Assembly: GCA_030704615.1 (NCBI GenBank)
Contig: CM060732.1
Location: 65,596,001 to 65,660,000, forward strand
Length of the DNA: 64,000 nt
Direction: 5' to 3'
Origin: Takakia lepidozioides
Taxonomy: Eukaryota; Plantae; Bryophyta
The notes under the pieces are model-generated. The model worked only from the letters and a program-made list of their open reading frames with translations, had not been told where the DNA came from and ran no database searches. Numbering within the stretch: the first letter of the stretch is position 1; each line of letters begins with the position of its first letter. This document shows positions 22,591 through 34,798 of the stretch, one piece after another. Made by a program: the position numbers and the translations under genes.

Positions 22591-25500
22591 GGATACTGCC
22601 ACACACTAGGTGTGGTGTCCAATGGAGACAACTAAGGTGGTCCTGGTGCAATCCCCGCACTCTCCTCCTCTCCTGATGGTACAAAAGCCTCTACCCAAGC
22701 TTGTTGCACCCGTCGATCAGCCTCCCGCTGCAAATCCTTGCTCGTGCCCCACAATGGAGTCTGAGCAACCATGGCAGACAACTCCACCATACCATACATG
22801 TCATCCTGCTCTCATGGAGGCCGTGTGTCATCCTCTGAATGAGCGTTGCCCTCTAGCAACTCTCCAGGCCAAGTCACTGCAGCCGTGAATGCTGCCAGAG
22901 TCGACATCTTGCCTCGCTGGGCAACCACAACTCCTCCTACGAACGTCACAGGGAGCTGCACACGCCGACCTTCCCCTGACTGCCATCCAGACCTATAGGA
23001 AGCTGACTCCTCCCAAAAATCTAGGATGAAGCCCATGGGGTACAACACTGCCCCAGCAACCAAGACATCATACGAGACCGCGTCTGTCACAATGGCCTTG
23101 GCTCGCAACATTGAGCCATATGTAGGGTGATCCGGCCGTAGTTTGATAGTCAACTCACGCCGTGTCATGCCCTGAGCCTGCTCCGATCCTCCCAGAGATG
23201 TCTGTATCTGGAAAGGATAAGGCTTCATATCCGCCTCCGTGACGCCCAAGCCTGCAATAGCAGCTCTGCCCAGCATCAATGGTTGAAATCCCGAGTCCAA
23301 CAAGACTCGCTGTGCCCGGTATCTCTTGCCTGCCGGTCCACTCAAACAGAAAATGTCATCCTGGTTATCTAACATGACAACCATAGGTGTCACCATGGCG
23401 CGCTCAATGACTGACCTTGCTGGCAGCTCCGCCAACCTGACAGTTGTAGCTTGCCATGGCGCCGCCGTGGCAGTCTTGACCCTCATATCCAAGGATCCCT
23501 CTGTCACTACACCTCCCACTATCTCCGCACAAGATGAAGTAACCTCCCCACTCTCACAGAAGTGTAGCTGCCAGCCTGAACACCTCAGCTGGTCTTACCC
23601 CCGGCGTCGCAATCATGGTAGTCGAGAACAATGGAGCCTGACACACAGATGTGGCCGCCCCCAACAGCACACTAGCTGCCGTAGCCTTGGCAGTAGGTAG
23701 TGATGCTGCTCGTGTGGCTCTCCCTAATGGCACAATAATCTCCGCCTCGGTAGCAGTCGGGCGAGAACTAGGTACCATGGATGGCGTTGAAACTGTCTCC
23801 ACCAATGTGAATGATTGAGGCAGCCTAGCTTGACGGCTTGCCTCCCCACGCTGTGGATCCAACTCCACCTCCGTACCTCGTGGCTCATGAACTCGTGCTG
23901 CTCATCGAGTCACGGCTGCAGCAGACTCCACCTGCACTGGTGGTAGTGCTACTCCGCACATGAATCCCATGTCTCCCATATCTCCTCCCTCATGAATCCG
24001 GCCTTGGAGTCGGCACCACCTGAGTTGTGGCCATAGCAGCAAGCCTCTGCTCTAGCTGCTGAAGCCGGTTAGCCATGCATTGGTCAACACCTTAACCTCC
24101 ATGTCCTTGGCCATGCTGAGCTTGCCCTTGGCATGCACCTTGTGCCTGACCACCTCGTCCTCTCTGGGCTGCTCCACCTCGCCCCCGGCCACCATTGTTC
24201 CCTTGGAACTGGCCTGGGCGCAACTTAGGATGCAAACCATAACACTGGGCCTCTCCATGCCCGTGCTTGCCATAATGCCTACATTGCAACTGTGCAGGCT
24301 GTACATGTGCCGACCCTTTGCCTCCCTCTGGGCAATCCTTCTTGACATGGGGTCCTCCACATGTCCAACACACCACCTCCGCCCGTTGTTGGCCTGCAAA
24401 TGAAGGGAGAGACACCTGCATCTGAGGTCCTCTCTGTCCTTCCCTGGGCTTCACCTGAGCCCCCTTGTTGCCTTGAGCATGTTGAGGTAGTGGTTGGCTA
24501 GGAGCACCACTACCCCGTGGTGTCTCCTTAGCAAATCCCACCATGACCACTCGTTCCTCCACCATGTTGAGCTCTATCCGCTCTGCCAGCAAAAACACAT
24601 TTGCTAAGGTGGGTTGGGCCGCTTGTAGGAGAGTTTCATCCCGCACCATTCTCCTCAGCTCCTTGTCCAATATCCCATACATTGGACTACTTGAGCTTCC
24701 GCAACCCCTTGGGTTACATTTATCAAGCGCCTCATGCGAGTGAAAGCCTCCCTCAAGCTCTCAGTCGGCTTCTGTTGGAACTCTTGCAAGCTCCGCAACT
24801 TCTCTGTCATCACCCCTTGGTAGTTCTCTCTCAACTCTTCGAAGAATTCCACAACAGGGTTGACGGCAGGCACGGGTACTAGTGCTGGTGCGGCACTGGC
24901 TTGGGTGGACATTGTAGCTACGGTACCACTTGTCCCCCTAGTCCCACTAGTCCCACTGCTGCTTGTTGAAGCTGCCGGTGCAGCTACAGGTGTAGCCACT
25001 GCCCTCGTGGCTCAAGTGCCCCTAATGATAGAGACATAGTCGGGTGACCAATACATCATTCACTCCTCGATCTCAACCTCATGCCCCCGCCTGAACTCAT
25101 GGTAATCATCCATGGGCGGCCCCTCAAGATGCTGAAACAACCCTTCCATGCCATGAAAGACGTAAATAGTTGTGGATTGTGCATTTGCTGCAAATCACAC
25201 CAACTATCAAACTCTTGGATAAAATCGTCCAGTTCAATGGTGCCCACTACTCCAGAGTACCTACATGCCCCCTTGGTAGCTCCATACATCTCCTCCATTG
25301 TGTCCCACAACAATGGTAAGGAAACAACTTGCACCGCTGGTGTGAGTCATCTTGATTCACAATCCGAATCAGAACCTTCCGTAGAAGACACAGGAGGTGA
25401 AGGTGGCCTAAACCACACACTTCGTCTCGTGTACCCACTACTATCGTTAGTGCTCGAACCGGCACTCTCCCTAGCAACTAGTGGCACCTCCGTGTTGACA

Positions 25501-26209
25501 AACTGACATTCAACCGGTCATGAACATGTCCCTAACCCCTCTCCACAAGGTAACCGGGTAGAGAACCTGTTGCGGCTTATGGTTTGAAATACTAGGTTCC
25601 TAACATAGCCTGTACCTGCATCTGCATCCACCGCAAGCACTCCTATGGTTGGCTGGTCACCACCTCCAACCTCACCACATGAGAAACAATGATGGTCTGA
25701 CTGGTCATCACCTCAGCCTCACCATCGACAACATGCTCTAGGACTGGCTGGTGATCAAATCTGGACCAATCACCTATAAAAACAAACGCCTACACAAAAC
25801 TAACATGGCGCACAGTCGAGCATGCAGGTATGGAGGGGATCCAAACACAAATCAGAACGACAACTCCCCCACACCAAAACAACTCCACAAGGACTGACTC
25901 TGCAAGGACACCCCAGCCCAAACCTGGACTGACTCTTGCTTCCACCTACGGAAAGGTCTTGGCCTAATGAGAGGGTAGAAAACTACGAGGAAGAGAAGCT
26001 AAAGCAATGCCTAACCCCAGCATGCCCTTATCCCAACACTCTTCCTCTCCTCTCTTCCCTCACTTGCATGACCATGGGAATATCATGAAGATACTTCTCA
26101 AACCGCCCTCCACGGGCTTCGAAATTTGGCCTTCAAGACCACATGCTAGTCCTCGGGCTGTCCACCAATGCCTCCACGAGTCAGCAAAGGCTATCCACAG
26201 GTCAACATG

Positions 26210-26735
26210 GGCCACCACAAACCAGCACAGGCCCACACAGATCACAGGTCACAGCCATCATAGCCCCATATAGGCCACAACCTGTCACAGCCCTACACAG
26301 GTCACAGGGTCACAGCCCATCACAGCCCCACAGGCCACAACCTGTCACAACCCATCACAGCCCTACACAGGCCACAACCATCATAGCCCTCACAACCCCA
26401 CAGGCCACATATCACAGCCTATCATAGCCCCAAAGGCCCCAAAGGCCACAGGGCACAGCCTGTCACAGCCCCACAGGCCACAGATCACAGTCTATCACAG
26501 CCCCACAGGTCAGAGGTCACAGCCTGTCACAGCCCCAAAGGCCACAGGGCACAGCCTGTCACAGCCCATCACAACCCGTCACAGCCCCACAGGCCACAGG
26601 TCACAGCCCATCACAGCCTATCACAGCCGGTCATAGCCCCACAGGCCACCTGTCATAGCCCATCACAGCCCTACACAGGTCACAAGGTCACGGTCCCACA
26701 GGCCACAGTCTGTCACAGCCCGTCACAGCCCCATC
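26210..26735. repeat. Degenerate (CACAGCC/CACAGG) tandem minisatellite in the Gypsy leader
   Basis: Dozens of cacagccc / cacaggcc / tgtcacag units. Confidence 0.9.
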
Positions 26736-27229
26736 CAAGCCGCTCATGGCAGGTTAGCTGCCATTTCTCCAAGGGGTTTAGCCACACCAAGCTAGGGTTT
26801 GTGTCTCTTGGACTCTAGGCTTCTTTGCACCGAGCTATGGCGGCTGTGAGGAAATCAGTAAGATATTCTTGCTCTTTATGGCTCCCACACACCACCAATA
26901 GTAGCTCTAATTCCAAAGGAAGATGTTTGCAACCCAAACTAAGTGCACAAGCTTCCTTCTAACTCACAAAACAACGCCATTGATCCCTATGGTGACTAAC
27001 CAAATTGGCTGACTTCCAGCCCTTGTAGGCACTCATTCACGCGCTTTTCTTGACCATAGCACGCCCCTTTGCACCTAATCCAACCCCTGCACCTGCTGCC
27101 TCAAGAGTTGTGCTCCCTTCAAGCTTGAAGTTGAAACCCCAACTCACATATGCCCTACAAGTGCTTTTCTTTCACCCCAAGTGGAAACCAGCCCTAGCCC
27201 TTCCATTCTAGCTCTCTAAAGCTTGAAAA

Positions 27230-27490
27230 CAAGAGCCTCGATGGGCTGAAGGCATGCTCCACACATGCCCCACTCTCACCATAAGAGAATCAGCTCCTTT
27301 GCTTCTTTTCTTGCACCCACAAACCTGAAAATACAAACCTTCAACAAGCTGAAAGCATGCTCCACACATGCATTGCCCTCATATAAGGGAAGTCAGCCCT
27401 TCCCTCTTCCTTGCTTGCCCTCCAAGCTTGAAGATGGAAGCTTCAATGGGCTGAATGCATGCTCCACACATGCATCCTCTTCACACAAGA
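27230..27490. repeat. Three ~105-bp degenerate tandem units in the Gypsy leader
   Basis: gcatgctccacacatgc at ~27252, ~27355 and ~27457. Confidence 0.7.
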
Positions 27491-28208
27491 GGTAATATCA
27501 GCCCCCTATCTTGGCTCTTTGGCTCCTTGATGCTCTCTAAGACAAGACTAAGCACTCCACAGCCTTTGCCAAGCTCTTGAAACCCTAAGGCTTATATTTC
27601 CAACCACAAGACACTCCTCTTGTGGTGCAAGAGCTCTTTTTCCAAGCTCTGAAACCTTAGGTGCACATTCCATGGCCTTGTTGCACCTCTTAGCTCCTGT
27701 TCCAGCCCTTCTTGCCATGGCAAGAGCCCTCTCAATGAGCTCGAGATTGAAACCCAATCTCAACATACTCCACCAAGTGCACTGATTTGCCCCAAAGCCA
27801 AATCAGCCATCTTGCTTGATCTTTTACTCTTCCGCACCATGGAAGCTCGTATTCCCAAGGTCAGTTCTCAGATTTGCCGCCAGAGCCACTATAACTTGCT
27901 CTCATTCAACCTCATATGCTCATGACTAAGCCTCTTCCCACTCGTGCTCACCGCACACAATCTGAAACTATCAAGGTGCTCTGGAATTACCTGCAGCACA
28001 GTGCTTTCATCTTTGAAGATGAAGATCGAATGCCAAGGTCTACCACCTTGTAACCAACATCGCCTCTGCTTCTAACAATCAAGAGCTCACGGTGCTCCTT
28101 GCATAACAACCTGGTTTCTCTAATTTTCAGGCAAAAACTAGAAGTGCTACAACGCAACTCGGACCTGGCACTCACAGACTCGAGCTGATCTTTCTCGAGT
28201 GATAACGA

Positions 28209-28390
28209 TGAAGAATACAAGCACAAGCTCATGCGAGCTCACAAAACTGAAGCATAAACTCATGCGTATATAACCTCATCACTCAAATACAAGTCAAGCC
28301 AAGTGCACCCCACGCCATGGGGAATCCACACTACGGCACCATAGCTAGTTTTCCTAGCTAGTTTCACACCAGTGGTGAGATAACTTGACA
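28209..28390 (-). repeat. Truncated, internally deleted 5' LTR of the Gypsy element
   Basis: cacaagctcatgcgagctcacaaaactgaagcataaactca and ttcctagctagtttcacac..gtggtga.ataacttgaca are shared with 17507-17776; the 17599-17730 segment is missing between agctag microhomologies. Confidence 0.75.
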
Positions 28391-29439
28391 ATATCATCTT
28401 AGATGGATGATGCAAAGGATGCTGGTGCCATGAAAATGAAGCTGATACAGATGGAAGCATATAACATAAGGTATGCTTATAGTTCGTTGGCCATTTAAAT
28501 AATTGCTTATGTCCACAATGATTGTTGTCACTACAAATTGATATGTATTTGTTACCAGCAACATTGTTTGGTGCCGGTAGTTTACTTGCATCTACCATGA
28601 AAGTTGCTGGTTGATCTTAGCCAAAACTACATATAACAAAAGTTGTAAAACTGTGATTGAAGCCCTTTAGGTCCTTTCTCCCCTACTCCCTGCCATTGTC
28701 CGTTCAGCTTTGTTGTAGCTGAGTCCATCGACTGGTAAAGTGAGTGGTCAACTCCATCTTCTTTTCCATTGCATTGCATGTTGAAATTGGGCGCCTATAA
28801 TGTCAGGTTGCATAAAGAAGTAGTGAGTGTCAAGGCCGATGCGAAGATGGAAGTGAATTCTGCATACAGACAACTTGAAGAGAACAGTCGTGTGATGCAT
28901 GATCTGCTTAATTCTTCCAACCTAATATTCCCTTTTCTATTGTCTGCAAACACTACTAACTATCCTATATATTGAAAGAGAGATGAAGACAGCAAAAGCA
29001 CTAGTGCTTTAGGAAAGGGTTGGGAAGTTAAGCTACAAAGTTGAGAATATGGGAGGTGTCATACAACTTATATATATGCACCTCAGACTCCCATAGGATC
29101 AATTAAGTGTTGCTGAAGACATTTCAGAAAAATTATGTCCTCTAGCAATAAGGGATATACCCTGTAGATAATTTAGGGCCATAACCCATCTGTCGTGGCA
29201 AGTGCCAATTCCTGAACCCAAGATAATCTGTTTGTCACCTTGCTGCTAAGAACTTGCTTTTAATGAATGATGCTAATCCTGTGATTTCAATGGCAACTGT
29301 AGCGATACGAGGGATCGCTGACACAACTAAGAGGAATGCAAGAAGCATGTACAAATAAGGAGTCTATGTGCAAGGATGAGAAAACTGTGCACTCTTTAGT
29401 ATCTTCAGCTAGTATGGCTGGTATGTGCAAGGCACTGGA

Positions 29440-29750
29440 GCAGGTGGCATGATACTGCAAAGATGAGAAGAATGATCAAGGTCAGAGGGGTTAGAAAAGA
29501 GCCAGGTCGCTGTTGCATTGAGGTTGGCAACAGGGTGCACACCTTCGTTTTAGATGACAAGTTGCATCCCATAATTAAGGAAATCCATACTGAGTTGAGA
29601 AGATTGTCTAGGCAGATGCAAGAGGCGGGGTATGTGCCTCACACGCGCGTTGTATTGCATGATGTGGGGGAGGAGGAAAGGAATTTTCTCTTTGCCACCA
29701 CAGTGAGAAGCTGGCCATTGGTTTTGGGCTGATCAGCACGACCGCTAGGA
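29440..29750 (+). pseudogene. Isolated E+/DYW deaminase fragment of a PPR gene, fused to a repeat module
   Basis: KEPGRCCIEVGNRVHTF...HPIIKEIHTELRRLSRQMQEAGYVP..., then (frameshift) HHSEKLAIGFGLISTT; truncated before CxxC. Confidence 0.88.
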
Positions 29751-30315
29751 CGAGATAGCTTGGTCTTAGCAGGCCGTGTTTCAATCTCTGCCTGCTCAGC
29801 TGCACCGTGGTGGTTCTCACAGACCAATCCGACATTACCTGACTACAGATAGAAGCAACACACACAAGAGGTCCTTTTGGGTTGATGGTCGGCCAAATCC
29901 TCCATGGGTCATGCCACAAGGTCAAGGACAATGTGGTGAGGGCACCTGCTTCTTCGACCTATTTCAGCCTGTTTTGCCCTCTCATCAGACTCGGCCTTGA
30001 GATGCATATCGAATACTGTAAGTTAGCTCGTCGGGTGCTACTGTAATAAGTAGGGTTGGGGTGTTTGCTGGAAGAATTTCACACCGTCAGTGTCAGTTGC
30101 TAGCAACAAGGTTGAGGATGTATTCATGATTGGCCCTAAATTTCCATGTTGAATTCTGACCCCAGTCAATGGTGGGACAACTGAGGCAAAAAGTTAAATG
30201 TATGTTAGATCAGAGAGTAGTAGACGCAATTCAACATAGGAACTAGTGTGATTAGGTGTTTCCTAGAACAAATCTAAGCTGTCATTGTCAGCTGCTAGCA
30301 GCAAGGGCAAAGATG

Positions 30316-33246
30316 AATGCATGATTTGTGCAGAGGCATGGATAGCTGAAGGAGAAGGGATAGAGTGTGGGTCCAGATTCATCCAAGAGGGCCAGATTTC
30401 AAGCACAAGATTACGTATGATTCCCTGTGGATCAATAGCTACAAGAAACCTACATGCGTAGATGGTCAACTAAAGGTAGCAGCTGCAGCGGCACAGTTGA
30501 TAAAATCAGGCACCTCAACCATGACCACAGCTTCTGGAAGATCAGGATCAAGAGAGGGAGTCCACAATGCCTCTTCTGGCACTTCTGGGCATGTGAAGAT
30601 GCTTTGCCAAGACTGAAAGAGGCTCTACAGACTTTAAACCAAGGAGGCATTTCAGGAGATACGTATGTCTGTCTCTTGCATAAGTGCATCAAGATTAAAG
30701 GCCTTGAAGCTGGAAAGCAGGTGCACACTCACACAAAGTGGATTTAGCCAAATGTTTTTCTACTCAACACCCTTGTCAACATGTATGTTAAGTGCGGGAG
30801 CATCATGGATGCTCACCAAGTGTTCAACAGAATGCCTCAACCATCTTTGATCACGTGGAATATAATGTTGGCAGGATTTACCAAGCATGGGTGGTCAAAT
30901 CCTCTATGGGTCGTGCCACAAGGTCAAGGCCAATGTGGCGAGGGCACCTTCGTCTTCGACCTATTTCAACTTGTTTTGCCCTCTCATCAGACTCGGCCCT
31001 GAGATGCATACTGAATTGTCAAGGACAATGTGGTGAGGGCACCTTCTTCGTCGACCTATTTCAGCCTGTTTTGCCCTCTCATCAGACTCGGCCCTAAGAT
31101 GCATATTGAATTTTGTAAGTTAGCTTGTTGGGTGGATCTGTGGTGGTTTGGAATGACTTTGACAAGTAACTGCCGATGTGGCAGCAGGAAAGTATCAAAA
31201 AACAGATAACAAAGATGAGGATCTACCAAGCATGGGTGTGGTACGAATGTTTTGGAGACCTACGAGCAAATGATGCATGAAGGGTGAAGCCCAACCACAT
31301 CACGTTCATTTGTGTTTGCAATGCGTGTGCAAGCCTGGGAGCCCTGGAAAAGGGGAAAGAGGTCCACGATGACATCAAAGCTGGAATTGTACCAAATGTC
31401 ATTTTGAACACTGCGCCCTTGGTGGACATGTATGCCAAATGTGGGTGTATTAAGGATGCAAAGGCAATTTTCAACAATATGGCTGAACGAGATGTGGTGT
31501 TGTGGAGCGTGATGCTTGTTGGGTATGCACAGCAGGGATGTGGGGTGGAGGCTTTGGAGACCTATGAGCAAATGATGGGGGAAGGGTGAAGCCCAACCAC
31601 ATCATGTTTGTGCGTTTGCAATGCGTGTGCAAGCCTGACAGCTCTGGAAAAGGGCAAAGAGGCCCATGGGGACATTGTCAGAGTTGGAATTGTACCCGAT
31701 GTCATTTTGAACAATGCCCTCGTGGGACATGTATGCCAAATGTGGGAGCATCGAAGATGCAAAGGCAGTGTTCAACAATATGGCTGAATGAAATGTGGTG
31801 TTGTGGAACGCAATGCTTGCAGGGTATGCACAGCAGGGGTGCGGGATGGAGGCTTTGCAGACCTATGAGCAAATGATGGTGGAAGGGGTGAAGCCCGACC
31901 ACATCACGTCTGTGCGTTTGCAAGCCTGGCAGCCTTGGAAAAGGGCAAAGAGGTGCATGGTTGCATCGCAAAAGCAGGAATTGTACTAGATGTGATTCTC
32001 AACAATACCCTCGTGGACATGTATGCAAAATGTGGGTGCATCGAGGATGTGGAGGGAGTGTTTGACATTATGGCTGAATGAGATTTGGTGTGTGGAGTGC
32101 AATGATTGCAGGGTATGCACATCAAGGGTGCGGGATGGAGGTTGAGCAAATGATGGGGGAAGGGATGAACCCCGACCACATCACGTTTGTTTCTGTTTGC
32201 AATGCCTGTGCAAGCTTGGCAGCCCTAGAAGAGGGCAAAGAGGTCCATGGTGACATCGTCAAAGCTGGAATTGTACACTGCCCTGGTGGACATATATGCC
32301 AAATGTGGGTGCATTGAGGATGCGAAAGGAATGTTCGACATATGGCTGATCGAAATGTGGTGTCGTAAAATGCGATGATTGCAGGATATGCCCAGCATGG
32401 TTGTCATAGGGAGGTCCTGCAACTATTTGAATGAATGCAAAAGAATGGCTTGAAGCGAGACAGTCTCACCTTTATATGTGTTCTCTCTGCATGCAGCCAC
32501 ACTGGCCTACTAAATGAAGGAAATCAAGATCATGGTGTCACTCCGACAGTAAAGCACTTTGGCTGTATGGTGGATCTTCTTGGACAACTGGATGAGACAA
32601 TGGATCCGATTAATAAGATGCCAATCAATCCAAATGTTGTGGTGTGGAAAGCCTTGCTTGGTGCCTGCAGAATCCATAGCAATGTGGAGATGGCTGAACG
32701 TGCGGCAACATCTATCCTCAAGTGGGATGAACATGATGCAATATGTGTTGCTATCAAACATCTATGCTGCAGCTGGCAGGTGGGACGATACTGCAAAGGC
32801 GATAAGAATGATGAAGATCAGAGGGGTTAAAAAGGAGCCAGGTCGCTGCTGCATTGAGGTTGACAACAGGGTGCACACATTTGTCGTAGATGACAAGTTG
32901 CATCCCAGAATTAAAGCAAATCCATGCTGAGCTGAGAAGATTGTCTGGGCAGATGAAGGAGGCAGGGTATGTGCCTGACACACGCTTTGTATTGCATGAT
33001 GTGGGGGAGGAGGAAAATGAATTTTTTCTTTGCTACCACAATGAGAAGCTGACCATTGGTTTTGGGTTGATCAGCACGACCCCTAGGACGCCTCTCCATC
33101 TCATCAAGAATCTTCGAGTGTGTGGTGACTGCCACACCTCTACCAAATTCATTACAAAGATTGTTGGCTGAGCAATTGTTGTATGGGACGCTAACCGCTT
33201 TCACCACTTTGAAGATGGGATTTGTTCTTATGGTGATTACTGGTGA
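30316..33246 (+). pseudogene. Near-full-length PLS-E-DYW PPR (C-to-U editing factor type) pseudogene, interrupted by repeat modules
   Basis: Transit-peptide-like N-terminus and HVKMLC..RLKEAL; several P-L-S triplets; P2L2S2/E (VWKALLGACRIHSNVEMAERAA); PG box; CYHNEKL...KNLRVCGDCH...DANRFHHFEDGICSYGDYW* ending at 33246. Many frameshifts and stops. Confidence 0.93.
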
Positions 33247-34174
33247 AAGGATGTTTTCTTGGCAAGATGCAAGTGTCTTGCTTCATTCATTGATCTGTGT
33301 AGCTACTCAGACCATCCACCATTTCCTGAGAGTCTTGCCCATCATGTACTGCCAGAGAGGGCTGGAGGATCAGATGAGGGTTTGACAGATTCAACAAAAA
33401 TCATTAACGGAGGGTGGCTGAACACTGGGGATTCTACTGCTCACAGTCCCTAGCTCACAGTCCCTGCTTGAGCTACTGACTGTTGGGTAAGAGTTTTTAA
33501 TATAACTCTGAGTGTATTTAGCATAAAATATTTTGTGGAGATAAAATAAAATAAGTGAAAAATGGATTATATTGGTAAAATATAAAAGCACGTATCCAGT
33601 TAACCCGTTAACCCTTCGCTGCTTACCAGGCTCAGATGGATCCCACTAACTTTTGCATATGACAATAATTTTCACTCTTTTTTCAAGAGCATCCTCGAGT
33701 AGGCCCTACCTCTCATCAAACAAGGGAAGACTCTGAACCACTGGGAGAGCTGACAATGAAATGTTTATAATTTTTCTTGCGAAAAACAATGAAATATAGG
33801 ATGTATGTATGTAACACCATGGGGATGACATACCTTTTTTTGTGAAAATTGAACATTGAAATCCAGATCCTTCATTTTTCTTCCAGAAATAAACAAAACA
33901 TGGGATCTTTTGCATGTAATACCGTGGGGATGACCCACCCTTTTTTGTGAAAAATTGAACGTGGTTCTCAGAATTAGTCGCTAGTAGTGCGGAGCAACGC
34001 GAAGCCCTAGTCAGAGTTGTATCAAGAAGGAGATGGTAGCGTGGTGGCTAGGTAATGTCTTGGACTTGGGATTATTTTGGAGACCAAAAAATATGTTAAA
34101 CAGTCCCATGTTCATCCAATCAGTCAACGCAATATCACTACCAAATATTGAACCTTGGACCTAAACTTCGTAAC

Positions 34175-34384
34175 ACCATGGCTACGCTCCTCTGTTCCCT
34201 CTGTCCCCTCATTGTTCCCAATCCCGCTCCCCTATCCCTGTCCCTTGTCCTCGCTCCCCTCCTCGCGGTATGGAATGTGGCTCGCTCCCTGTTCGTGGTC
34301 CCCGCTCCCATGTCCCACTATGGGGAGCAAGGATCTTGGATCGGGAACAGGAGAGCAAAATTGGAGAATGTTTGGGAACATGGT
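34175..34384. mobile_element. Possible MITE
   Basis: Starts ACCATG and ends CATGGT, with internal gttccc/gggaac-type repeats in opposite orientation; no clear TSD. Confidence 0.3.
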
Positions 34385-34798
34385 CCTAAAAATGCGGAGC
34401 GTGAGGAGGGAGCAGTGTGGAGCGCTCCCCACCTTCACAGTGGGGCAAGAGATTTGACAGGTAGTATGCCGGAGACTCCCTGAGCGCAGGCCAGCGGGCC
34501 CCACCACCTGTGACCTCACACGCTTGCCTTAAACTCGACGGATAAGCGTAGTCCTTGCCAATAATATTAATTTAAAATAAAGTGGTAGCCAAAACATCCT
34601 AATTCTGCCTTCAATTTCCATCTCCATACTTATTACTAACCTGGTAGGTACCGGCAGTGCCCAGGTGATAATCCTGCTTGAAACCCTAAATTCCCATCAT
34701 CCAATTTCTTTATTCATCCGAGAAGTTTTGCACGTGCGAACTTTCTCCTCCTCCTCGCTTTGGGTTTTGGTTGTTTTGTGAAGGAGACAAAGGGCAAG

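Larger units (their letters stand above)
17493..28390 (-). mobile_element. Ty3/Gypsy LTR retrotransposon: gag - protease - DNMT3-like methyltransferase - RT - RNase H - integrase - PHD; degenerate
   Basis: Gag with CWTCGGPHVKKDC knuckle (~25330-24090); protease VLLDSG (~23300); RT RMCGDYRPVN, FSTLDL, YIDD (21212-20487); RNase H LVTNHQPLK...KLARWALILQEYDF; integrase HEELGHFG...CMVC, WSLDF, LAERVVQTVK. LTR homology between 17507-17776 and 28222-28390; PPT-like GGGGGGCGAT next to 17941. Confidence 0.93.

Noticed and set aside
30316-33246. In-frame stops in PPR copies as substrates of U-to-C RNA editing
   Set aside because: Nuclear sequence with many frameshifts; the stops are explained by ordinary C->T decay.
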